Below are positions 1 through 12,029 of a stretch of DNA of 64,000 nt, piece after piece. Source of the DNA: Geosiphon pyriformis uo1 (lineage: Eukaryota; Fungi; Glomeromycota); NCBI GenBank assembly GCA_016748015.1, contig JAAOMT010000448.1, positions 62,001 through 126,000 of the forward strand, in the 5' to 3' direction. Below the pieces are notes generated by a model. It was not told where the DNA came from. It saw only the letters and a list, made by a program, of their open reading frames with translations, and did not search any database. Every line of letters starts with the position of its first letter. The first letter of the stretch is position 1. The translations under genes were made by a program, and so were the position numbers.

Positions 1-859
1 TAAAAATTCAGAATATTTTTATAAATTAAAAAATCTTTTTTCTATTAAATATATGTTTAATAATTTGAAAAAATAAATCCAAAACAAGTTAGTTATAATA
101 TTTTTAAAATTTTTTAATAAATTTACTGTTTTTTTATGATATTATTAATCTTAAATTTAATTTTAATAAAATTTAAAACAATATTATTTATTTTATTAAG
201 TAATTAATATTTTTTAATTATAAACAATAATTTAATATAAAAAAATATTTTTTTAAAAAAAATTCATTTTATATATTTAGTTGTACTATTTTAAATTTTA
301 GCATTTGTTGTTAAAATTTTTACAAAATTTTGAAATTTAATGCATATTTTGTTAAATTACAACTTATTTGCTAAATTTTTAAATATATTAACAAAGTTTT
401 AAATATTATATAGTTTGAAATATAATATAATTTAATTATTATATTTAATTATTTTTGTGTATTTTTACAAATTAAGTAATTAATTAAATAATAAATAATA
501 AATATAAATAATATTATATATTAATTAATAATAAAAATCATAAAAATAATTTTATGTAATTAATAACTTAATTTTTGTTTATTAATAATACATAATTTTT
601 TTCTATAATTAACAAGTTAATATTCAAAGTAAATAATTTTTTAACAACAAACTTGATTTTTTTTTGGTAAAAAAATAGCCAATACAAATAATAATAAAAA
701 TACATAATTATATTTTTTATTATAAGTTTTTTTTCTATTTAATGAATGAAACCCAAATGTTACCTAATATAATATATTAAACTAAGTAATCTAAACTAAA
801 CACAAATTATGTATTTTTTACATATAATCAATTATTTGGACCAATTAAAATAATACTAT

Positions 860-3800
860 AAATTTATCTTAACAGATATTATATTATTAATATCAGAGAA
901 AAAACTGCAAAGCTTATGAAAACCAAAGCTAATATTATATACTTCTGTAATTTTAAACAATTTAATAATATTATCAAAAAGCAGAAATAAAAAACCACAG
1001 ACCTTAGAAGACATTGAATTATCATGTGCAATCAGGTTTTTTTTCTTTATTATTGCTTTATATTTAACTTTTATTATCTATATTTAGCTTTTACTATTTA
1101 TATTCCAACATAATAGGCTGTTTTCAAGCTTTGTACCAAATTAATAACCTTTCTATTAGCAACTTTGGTATTATTAAAAATGAACACAGCCTTCAAACAT
1201 TATTTTTTAAATACAAAACTCTTATACAAGACAGTATACACAAAAAAAGCATTTGTAAAACACAAAACAATAACAAACTTAAACCTAATATAGCATTTTA
1301 TTGAACCAAACACAATTTAAGCTGATTAATATAAACAGCAGAATCTATTAAATATACAAAAAAATAATTAGAAGTTTTTATTTTTTTACAATAAAGGCAC
1401 AATACATTAAAATATCTTCTATTTTATAAATATTTTTGAACAGTGATTGACAAGTAATAGTGCAAAGCTTTCATAAAATATAAATGTAAACCAGCAGTAG
1501 ATTTACTTGTAAAACCAGTTACCATATGTAAATTAGGGTCTTAGACTAAAAAAATTTGAATTCAATCCATATTTTTTGTCATGTTTATATCAATAATATT
1601 AGATCCAAACCCAATCTCTTAGCACATATGATAAACAAATCTAAAAATTCTATGAGTAAAATAATAAATATTCTTAGACATTATTACTTTATCAGCTCTA
1701 ATATATTTCTTATTAATAATAACAAAAAGTATCAAATTTGAGTATAAAGCTAAATTGGCCAGCTTATTAGCATGCTTATTGCTCAATACACCCAAATATC
1801 CTCTAACTTTATTCCAAGAAACATTAAGCTCTTTACTTTTAACAAAGTTTACAATACACCATCTTTTTAGCCAGCAATTATTGCAAAAATCTAGTAAATT
1901 TATGTTTAATTCCACAGCACAAGTATTTAAAGCAGTCTAACTGTTCAAATACATCACAACAGTACTATAAACTAAAACATATTCTAAAGCAAAAACAATT
2001 ACTTGCAATTCTAATATTGTAAAAGATATCAAATCACCAATTTTAATATTAACACTAACATCCAAATTAGAAAAAAATGCAACTGTACTATATCTTATTT
2101 TACACATATTTAAGTTTTCTAAAGACTCATTTGTATAAACATTAATAATATTCAAATTAGCATTAAAAAAACAAAACTTGATCTCAAAAAAGCCATTAGT
2201 ATTAAAAATGTTCAAAGGCTAAAAGCTATTATCTAACAATGAAGCATCAAAATAAAATACAGAACTGGCTAAAAAGTCACATATTATTTTGAACCAAACA
2301 AAAACTAAGCCTCTAAAATCGATTTTTTTCTAATAATAAAAGCTCTTCTAGTTAAAAACCAACTTTTTTTTATTATACAATTGTTTAACAAAGATAATAC
2401 TAAATCTTTTAGATAAGCAAAAAATATTATAGAACATTGAATCTTTTAAAACAAAAGATATTGAAGTGCCATCCAAAAAATAGAATACAGAGAAAAGATT
2501 ATTATCAAGAAACAAGTTACAATTCAAAAATATCTTTATCATACTAACCAAAAAGTTGTTATAAAACAATATAAAGAGTAAATAAAAGACCAACTCAGAA
2601 TCTGCAAATTCAAAAACTTATAATTAAACAAATAATTAAGAACTTTACTAATATTTGAAAACTTAGTACAAAAGCCACTTTACTCTTAGCTTACACTTGT
2701 TTGAATAATTTTAAGCCATATAATAATAAATGATAAAAAGTCTTGTTAAAAATTTTTTTTAATAAGTCAGTTTTCATTTTCAAACTCTTTTTAATTAGTG
2801 TATCCTACTTATTATACATACTTTTGAAGACAAAATTAAATTGAGTTCTGTAATTAATTATAAGCTGTAACACAATTAAGACCAAATAAAAAAATTGTTT
2901 GTTTGAGATAACTTTTTTCAAGACCAAATTAGCAAAAAACCTGACATTAGAATGAGCTTTCACTAAATTAAATCTTGATAAACTTTTAGAAAACAAAAAG
3001 ATATCAAGATATCTGTAAAACTCTCCTTTCTGAGTAATGAATATTGAGAGACCACTTATTAATAATAAGACATCTTTTATTTTCTATTACTAGGAATGAT
3101 CACTATCTTTTTATTGTTTATTAAAATATTATTTATCTTAAAAAAATCATTTACAATGTTTAAAATATTGAGTAGTAGTCTGACTATTTCTTATCTAAAT
3201 TATGTTATCGACAAAAACACTTGTTACTAAATAAGAAATCAGTCCATTTTGATTTTCTAACCTGCCAATTCTGACAACAAACTTAATGTTAATATGGTAA
3301 TCATATAAGCTCTTATGTTTTTTGACTTTATATAAGAAAGAATTATAGAAAATTTTTTAGAGCAAAGAGAAGAAAACCTTATTTTGATTCAGACTATTAT
3401 GTATTCAATACTTATTAATAAGTTTATAATTTGTTATTGTAAATACTTTCAAAGAATCTGATAAATTGTTCACACATTTTAATTTAAATTAAATTATTTT
3501 TGAAATAAAACCAACTTACAAAGTCATAGACCTTTCATATATTTTGTAAGACCAGTCATAATTCATAATTTTTTTTCAGAGCATTTTCAATTACTAAGCT
3601 TATCACAAAAATAAAAGACTGAGTAATGGTTATTATAAAAAACATCAAATTTGTTATAGGTCATAGAAATTTTGTCAAAAAGAATCTTAGAAAAAATCTT
3701 TTGAATAGTCTTAATTAAAACAATTGGCTTGGTGTTAATCAAAATGCCCTTTCACTTATACAGTTTAAGAATCATTGACACCCAAGCTTCTTTCTAAGAT

Positions 3801-6742
3801 TGAAGTACCAACTTATATATTAAACAAGTATTTAAAACATTCAGTAGTATCAATAGTACTGAATTATTACAGTGTTTCTAAAGTTTATTTGTAATATCAG
3901 ACAAATTAGTAGCCTTTTTGTTAAATAAGTTTTTAATCACATGCATATTATTATATCCAATAGTACTTATAACTTTGAAAAAAGTAATATTATCAATATA
4001 AGTTAGCAATATGTATTAATAATATTACAAATTGAGAACACTATTTAATACTGCTTTTTTTCTTATCTAATTCTCTATAATTATATTAACTTTATATTTT
4101 ATCTTCTCAGAATTCATAACCAACTTACTATCAATTATTAAATAATTCAATATCATCTTTTAAAAAGAGTGCTCTAATACACTTCTAATTGTGTAATCTT
4201 TATTAACAGCAAAACTTTCTATTTTTTTGTCAATAACAGTTTTAATGTCTGTTTTTTTTACTTTTATTGATTCAGCAAGTTTTAAGACACAATATGCTTT
4301 TTTCATATCAGAAAAAGCAGATCTTATAGACTTATAATTAGCACTAAAATTCAATAATACTTAAATATTTGAAGTCTTATTATTATCTAAAAATATTCAG
4401 CAGCTTATTAAAGAAATAAATTTAACACTAGTTTTTTTATGTAAAAATTTAACAATCTTTAATATTAATATCTCCAATTTGTGAAACTTAGAAAATGCTT
4501 TGATAAAAACTCTATTGAAGTCCTTGAACCACTTTTTTTTAAACATTTTATTGGTTGATAGACATACTATCTTACAAATAATATTTCACATTGCATCCAG
4601 ATCTAAAATTTTTTAGATGTCATAAATTCATCAAAAAACATTATAGTATTAACTACTATGGCATTCTTAAATTTATTTTATTTTACTTTATTAGAACTTT
4701 TAAAATCAAACTTTTAACAATTTTTATTTGTTTGCTTGCACAAAAAGTTCAGATGTACATTTAGCAGACTGTTCAAATTCACAAAAACAGAAACAGCTTG
4801 ATGATTAATGTTAAAGTACTTTTTAACATTTATAATATTATGATCTACTACTGTATTAATTAAACTCCAAAAAAAACACATAATTAATTGTTTTCTCAAT
4901 ACCTTTAAAATTCTTCTATGTTAATGTTTTTGTAGTTGAACTTCTTACTAATAAATTGACCAGTTCTAAACCAAGACATTTCTTAAAACTAGCATATTTG
5001 TAAAAACCATTTTTATTGAAATCTCCACTTAAAATAACAAAAAAAAATTTGTTTACAATTTTTGCAATCAATAAGTTAATTTTTTTAGCCTAAACTAAAT
5101 ACACTGCTAGTATTATACCAGTATACAGCTCCAAAATCAAAACAAAAAGCTTATTTTTAAAAAACAACTTAACAGACAGAAACCAGCCAAAAATCTCAGA
5201 AATTTTATATATATGTTTTGTTAAGACAATGTTCATAACAATTATAACACCAAAATCTAAGTAACCAGAATTCAAACCAGAAGTAAACACACAAACATCA
5301 TTAAACTTGTTAATAATCTATGAATAAATTTTTTTTTCAGCTTTGTTTCAGTAATAATCAAAATTAAATTGTTTATATCTTTGTGCCAACAAATAACATT
5401 TGCTTGTTTAGCAAAGTTATTTATATTCTTAACATTGCATGTAGTTACTTTTTAAATAAAATTGGTTATTGAAAAGAATAAGCATTAGAATTCAAACCAA
5501 TATTGTCTACTTTGGTTATTAGGTTTGTAACTATGACTGACAAATTGTTTATGTTTTTTTTCAATTTTGAAACAACTAATGAATCAAAAACCACCACTTT
5601 TATAACAGTTCTGCCATTAATGATTACACCTAAACTTTTATTTATTACTACATCCACCCCTTGATTTTGTAATAAAAAAGTCACTAATAATTAACATCTA
5701 AGATTAGGCTAAGAAACTGTTGGTCTAAGTGTGTCTAACTTCTTAGTCAATTCACTAATCTGCTTCATAAAACTAACAAGACTGTATTCAAAAGTGGCAA
5801 ACTTACAATTTATTTTTTTAAGCACTAACAGAATAGATTTTATCTCCAGAAAAAAGCCAGAATTTAATAAATCATTATACACAAAAAAAAGAAAAAAAGA
5901 CTTACCAACAATTTTTGTTTAAAAAACACCATCAAAAACAACCAAATAAGCAATAAGAGCTAAATATTTGGCATAGATGGTTGCTAATCTGTTTTTATTT
6001 GTGTTTAACTATACTTTGCAAGAGAAATTACCAAAAAGTAAATTTTTACTTATAAAACAGTTCAATAACATATAATTCATATTTTTATATTTTGTATATT
6101 TGGTAAAAACCAGACAAAATCATTACAAATTGGTGTTCTTTAATATTAGAATGGTTTTTATAATAGTATTAAATAATTTACATAATAGTATTAAATGATT
6201 TAGCAAAATTAAAGCAAACAACAACACATCTGAATTGGACATATGTGATTAAATATTAATTAATAACACATGTTTTCTTATCAACTAATTTAATAAATCT
6301 CAGATATAATGAATATTTGTTTTTATTAGCAATATATAGAGCAGTGTCCTATTATAGTTTCTTGTATCTCATAATTTTTGTTCTTATTAGCCTTTGTTAT
6401 ATATACAATATTTTTTCTAATCAGAATAGACTATTTTGCTATGACCAAATTAAAATGTTTTATTTGCTCAAATTTTATTACAGTTTTTTGCCATATTCTT
6501 ACCAATTATATTTTAATTAACTTAATTATTTCAAACTTAAATAGCACAATATATACAGTATTAGTTAATGTTTTAATTGGAATTTTTTTTATTACTACAG
6601 TTCAATTTAAATGCTCAGTAGATTTTTTGAAATTAGTGTTTACCAAAATCTTTGCATTTTTAGTCTTATCAATTTGTCCTAAACTTAATTCAGAAGTAAA
6701 CATTACTTTAATAATCCCAGCAAATTTTGAAAAAATAAACAC
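860..6742 (-). mobile_element. Degenerate non-LTR retrotransposon LINE-a, 3' part (end of ORF1 plus ORF2: APE endonuclease, RT, RNase H, C-terminal Cys motif)
   Basis: Minus-strand fragments match the better-preserved LINE at 57.6-61.4 kb: FTSGLNSGYL/KLFFKNKL (5090-5290, endonuclease), IDKKIESFAVNKDYTIRSVLE (4160-4354), NVYTNESL..ELQVIVFALE (1937-2215) and KVRGYLGVLSNKHANKLA (1619-1915, RNase H), VLCLYC (~1390-1410). Many stops. The 3' boundary is approximate. Confidence 0.9.
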
Positions 6743-7554
6743 TATTACAGATAATTATTTAGAATGTTAGTACAAATAACAAATCTATAACTTAGTGCTT
6801 AATAATTGGTAATATTGGTAGTTTTTAAAGGTTTTGGTTGAGTTTTTGTATAATGAACAAAGATTCAATTAATAGTTTCTTCTGTGAATTTTTTTTTCAG
6901 TATAGTGACCAGTTTATTCTGACAGTCATATTTTTCTGATAAATTATCTTTAAATTTCTACTTTTATTTCCAGGTTTTTTATCAAACCATTTTTGATGTT
7001 AAATACTTAGTACTTAATTTTTTTAATCAATTAGTAAACAACAAAAAAATGAAACAAAAAATAAAAAATAAAAAATAAAAATAAAAAATTAGTATTTTAT
7101 TAATAGTTATAATTAAGAGTTATTGATTTAATATAGTTAAGTATTGAATTTTATCAATATAAAGTATTAATAGCATAGAAGTGATTAATATTCTCAATCA
7201 AGTAATGATAACATTGATTGAATGATAATTAGATATTTTTATTAATATAAATATGTTTATACTTTAAGTTATAGAAAACTATTTTTTAAAGGAAAAATAT
7301 TGGAATTTTAAACTCTATTGAATTCTGAATACTTTTTTTGCTTCTAACATTTTTGCTATATATATATAATTTGTATTATACAAGATTTTTGAGAACTCTA
7401 TAATTTCTCAAAAGTAATCCTGGAATTTTGAAATTTTGAAATTCTGCAATTTCCTAAGAGAAATTCTGGAATTTTGAAATTTTCTATTTTACTATGCTTA
7501 TTTTTGATTGGCTATTTTACCTATTTTTATAATTCTTAATTTCTATGAGTAATA
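6743..7554 (-). repeat. 3' LTR of element A
   Basis: Direct repeat of 36639-37461. Termini decayed from TGTTAC..GTAACA. Preceded on the minus strand by the purine tract AAAAAGAGAGAATAA. Confidence 0.88.
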
Positions 7555-7566
7555 TTATTCTCTCTT

Positions 7567-8227
7567 TTTAATATTGAACTCTATTAAGATTTTCTAAATC
7601 TTTTTCTTGAATTAACTTTCTAATTTTTTTCTCAAAAATTACTTGGACAATATTAGTCTGTAATTTTTTAAATTAAACATTAGTAATTTTTTCTAATTGG
7701 TTGATAATTACTGTTTTTATTGTTAAGTATAATAATATTTTTGGACAGTCTTAAAATTTTGTTTGTAATCAATATATGTCTGTATAAATAGATTGTTTTT
7801 TTCTATAAATTATTTAAGTTGTTGTAATATTGTTATGTTAAATATTTGTTTTGTTTTATCTATATATATGTTCTGGATATTGAGTTTTTGTCCTAAGTAA
7901 TAATAACAAAAATTTCTTAAAAATTGTTGTGTTTACTATTTTCAATTTTTTTCTATTAACTTTTTGTATAGTACTATTGTTTTTGGTGTTTCTATAGATA
8001 TTTTTACTTTTGTTATTATACTATTTACTATATTTTTAGATTTTTTATATACTCTATATTGTACTTCATATTAAAGTTTCTATTTTTTTTTTATATATTA
8101 AATAATTTATTAATTAATTGTGATTTCTATGTTCAATTTTTGATGTTTAATTAGTTGAAATAGTTGTTAGGCTAGTAAGTGAATATTGTTAATAATTTTT
8201 ATTTTTTTCTTTACTTTTGTTATATGC
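7567..8227 (-). pseudogene. Element A ORF3 remnant (element B inserted at its 5' end)
   Basis: Minus-strand translation gives NNIHLLA*QLFQLIKHQ..FCYYYLGQKLNIQNIYIDKTKQIFN..NQLEKITN, homologous to 25786-26445. Confidence 0.75.
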
Positions 8228-9081
8228 TGTTACAGATGATTATTTGGGGTTTCAAATCAAATAACAAATCTGTAACTTGGTGCTCAATATCTTGACAATG
8301 CTGATAATACTAGTATATTAGTTGTATCTGAAAGTTTTAGAGTTGAATCCTTTATATAATAAACAGAGATTCAGTGGTAATGGTTTTATTTGTAGCTTCC
8401 CAAAATCGCAGTTTCATTAATTTTTTTCTCAGCTTGATGGCTGGTATTCTTTCTGGTAAGCTATTCTCAATCAAGTATCTTACTCTTATTTCTGGGTCTT
8501 TTACTAGTGCTATATCCTGACGTCAGTACCCCACATGTTAATTCTTAATAGAGTTAGTAATAACAACAATTAAGACAAGAAAATAAAAGAAATAAGCCAA
8601 GGCAATATGCAAGTTAATATCTGTCAATAGCCGTGATCAAGAGCTATTGTTCCAGTGTAGTTAAGTATCAATTGCTATCAACATGGAGTGTTAATAGTAA
8701 AGAGTGGATTGAGATAGTGAATAATTATTTATTGATATTTGTGATATAGAAGGTTTCTATTAATGAATTCTGCTTTTTTTATTTCTAATACTATTACTAT
8801 ATATACATAATTGATGTTCTATGAAATTGCTCATATTTTCGAGTGATGTGCTATGATTTCTTGAGCAATGCTCACATTGCTGAGTGATGTGCTCTAATTT
8901 TCTAATATTGCTCCACATTTTTGAGCAATGTGCTGTGTTTTCTGATATTGCTCCACATTGTTGAGCAATGTGCCATGATTTCTGATATTGCTCTATATTG
9001 CCAAACAATATGCTCATGTGCTAAATACTATTCTCTTATTGGTCTGCTATTTTCTCTATCTGTTTTTTTTTATGAGTAACA
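8228..9081 (-). repeat. 3' LTR of element B (854 bp)
   Basis: TGTTAC..GTAACA termini. Direct repeat of 28364-29191, with one extra ~39-bp U3 repeat unit. Confidence 0.95.
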
Positions 9082-9094
9082 TTATTTCTTCCTT

Positions 9095-9754
9095 TTAATA
9101 TTAAACACTATCAAAATTTTTGTCTTGAATTAATTCTAATACTTTTTTTTCAAGTATTGTTTGTTTGACTCTGTTCTTCACATCTTCTACTTGTGTATTG
9201 TTCATTCTTTTCCATTGGTTAATAGATATGGTTTTCATGTCAGAGTATAACAGTATTTCTGGATAATTCTGAAATATGTTGTACAGTCAATAAATTGTTC
9301 TTACATGTAGTGTTGAGTTTGTCTTTTTCCCAATAAATTCTTCAATTTGCTGTATTATGTTTTGGTTAAATACTCTCTTGAATTTGTCGATATACAACTC
9401 CTGAATATTCAATTTTCGACTTAACTGGTAATAACAGTATGATATTGGAAGTTGTTCTGTCCATTGCTTCCAATTTTTTTTTGTAAGTTTTTCTGTTAGT
9501 GCCATAATAGATATTTTTTCAAAAGTGTTCTTTATTTTTTCTATTATGTTATCTAACCAGTTTTTATCATTCTTTGGTAAACACTGATATGGTGTATTCT
9601 TTGTCTTTCTTTTGGTGTTTTAATAGCAAATTGTTTGGTTGTTAACAATAATTTCCATATCTAAAGATTGTTGACTTAAGACCTGGAATAATTGTTGGGC
9701 TATGGCATGAATATGATCTGGTATTTCCATTTTTCTTGGTTGCCTTTGTCACAT
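9095..9754 (-). pseudogene. Element B ORF3 (220 codons, single frame, a few nonsense codons), function unknown
   Basis: M*QRQPRKMEIPDHIHAIAQQLFQVL..MALTEKLTKKNWKQW..SYCYYQL..FDSV*Y*. Includes track ORF 9287-9505. Lies between integrase and the PPT. Confidence 0.8.
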
Positions 9755-9790
9755 ATATTGTGTCTTTATATACTCTTTTATTGTTTGATT

Positions 9791-11999
9791 TTATGTGTTT
9801 GGTCCAATGATTATGATTGGTTCCAGATCTTGTGGAATTTCATCTGGTTGAACTAGTATTTGTTGTACTCCTAATTGTAAAATGTTATTGGTAGATGATG
9901 ATGCTATTTGGTGATATAGTTTCAGTCAATCACCATGTGCTGCTTTGGCTAAGATTTTGTTGTCCCATCTTAGTTTATAAGCTCTATTTCCAAGAATTTC
10001 TTCTATGTGAAATGGTCCGTTCTATTTGGGATCAAATTTTCCACTTCATTGTTTTTCTGCTTTGGTATGATGTAGAAGTAATTTGTTTCCAATCTTAAAT
10101 TCAACTGGTTTATCTGGTAATTGGTTACCATGTTGTTCTTTTTGCTTTTTTTGAGACTTTTGAATGTTATCAGCTGCTTTTTATTGTCTGTTTTCTAGTG
10201 TTTTTATTAGATCATATGTTCTTTTCAACAATGTTTCTTGGAAATTAGCTTCTGTTATTGGTTCAGTTGGATATGTGCTGACCTTTCTCTCAACTAGTAA
10301 TGTTGCTGTCCTACTATATACCAATTCAAATGGTGTTGCTTGTGTAATATCTTGTCTCATTGTCCGATAAGCAAATAATACTAATGATATAAACAAATCC
10401 CATTTATTTTGGTTTTTTTGACTGATTTTGGTGATTGCTTCACACAGTGTTCTGTTAAATCTTTCAATTAGTTCATTTGTTTGTAGATAATATGGTAATG
10501 ATAGTGGTCTTTTTATTCCAAATCTCTGACTTAATTCTGTTAATGTTCTATTTACAAAATGAGTTTCTTGATCTGATAGTAGTTCTTTTGGACATCCATG
10601 TCGACATATTAAATTTTGATGGACAAATTTGTCAACAGATTCTGCATCTGCTCTTTGAATAGCTTTTGCTTCTGGCCATTTTGTGAGATAATCCATGGCT
10701 ACTGCAATATATCTGTTGCCTTTACTGGTAATTGTTAATGGTCTGACTAAGTCAATTCCAATGTAATTGAATGGTTGTCCTACTTTGATTGGTCTTAATA
10801 GTTCACTTGGTCTTGTTCTTTCTCTTCTTTGACAATGTTACTCATAGAAATATAGGGAATATATATTAGCATAGTTATTAGCCAATCAGAAATAGATGTA
10901 GTAAAATGTGAAATTCCAGGATTCCTCTTAGGAATTGCAAGATTTCAGGAATTACAGAATTCTCACAAGAAATCGCAGAATTCCAGAATTCTAGGATTCC
11001 TCTCAAAGGAATTGCAGGATTCCTGTTATGAAGAATTGAGGAATTGAGGAATCTTAATTATGTATATATAACAGTAGGATTAGAAGCTGAAAGAAGAGAC
11101 CATCAAGTTTAGATTTCATCTAGACAACCTTCCAAACACAATAAATAACTATTTGGTATCTCAAACCTAATTCCACTATCAACACTCTATGTTGATAGTA
11201 ATTGATACTTAAATACACTGGAACAATAACTCTTGATCATGGCTATTGATGGGATACTGATTTGCAAAATTGCCTTGGCTTATTTATGATTTTCTTTTAT
11301 TTCTTTTTTTTATTTTATTTTGATTTTATTGTTGTGTACTAATTGGTTGAATAAAGTGCTAGATTACTGATGTCAAGGATTGCCTGGTAAAAGACCCCTG
11401 CAAGAGGATAGAACATGTACAGAAGATATAAAATACTTATTAGAGGATTGCTGGCCATTATGCCGAGAGAAGAATTGACAGAATTACGATTCTGGGAAGC
11501 TATGGATAAAACAACTATTGAATTTCTGTCCATTATACAAAGAACTCAATCCAAAACCTTCAGATACAAAACCTTCAGATTAATAACATCAATGTAAATA
11601 ACTTTTAGCACCAAGTTACAGGTTTGTTATTTGATTCAACACCCCAAAGAATCACTTGTAACAACAAGCATCACAATTTTGAACATATTAGATGATGTCT
11701 GGATACATTGATGGCCAATAATATCTTTTTCTGGTTTTTTTTATGGTCATTTCTTTATAAAAATGTCCTGCTGTTGGATTTGAGTATATGTTGAATAATA
11801 TTGTCTCTTTTTTTGGTTCTGTGATTACTCCAATTGGTTGATCTGAATTTCTTCTGTTCTTCTGGTAGAGTATATTTTGATGATTGATAAAATATTTTGA
11901 TTGTTGTTTTATGTTGTTTTGTTCTTTTTGAGATAATTTCTCCTTGAACAATTGAGTATTTATATAATGCTGGAGTTGTTGGTATTTTTGTGTGTTTAT
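9791..11999 (-). pseudogene. Element B integrase, split by a solo LTR
   Basis: Zn-binding region GHF..YYWP..CDAC (11688-11951), DDE core DYLTKWPEA..SDQETHF..NELIERFNRTL (10181-10696), GPF tail. Confidence 0.92.
10836..11663 (+). mobile_element. Solo LTR (family 1, 828 bp) inserted in the element B integrase
   Basis: TGTTAC..GTAACA termini with a perfect 4-bp TSD ACAA (10832-10835 / 11664-11667). Removing it restores the codons for QNCDACQRR. Homologous to the element C LTRs. Confidence 0.95.
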
Positions 12000-12029
12000 C
12001 TTTTGTTATATTTTTGGGTTGAAATGTTT

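Noticed and set aside
1-850. Possible gene or RNA in the extremely AT-rich left end
   Set aside because: No ORF, motif or structure. Probably LINE 3' UTR and terminally decayed repeat.
8760-9017. 85-aa ORF with HIAQQC repeats
   Set aside because: Translation of the U3 tandem repeat inside the LTR.
8820-9020. CRISPR-like palindromic repeats
   Set aside because: Units are contiguous with no unique spacers, lie inside paired LTRs, and there are no cas genes.
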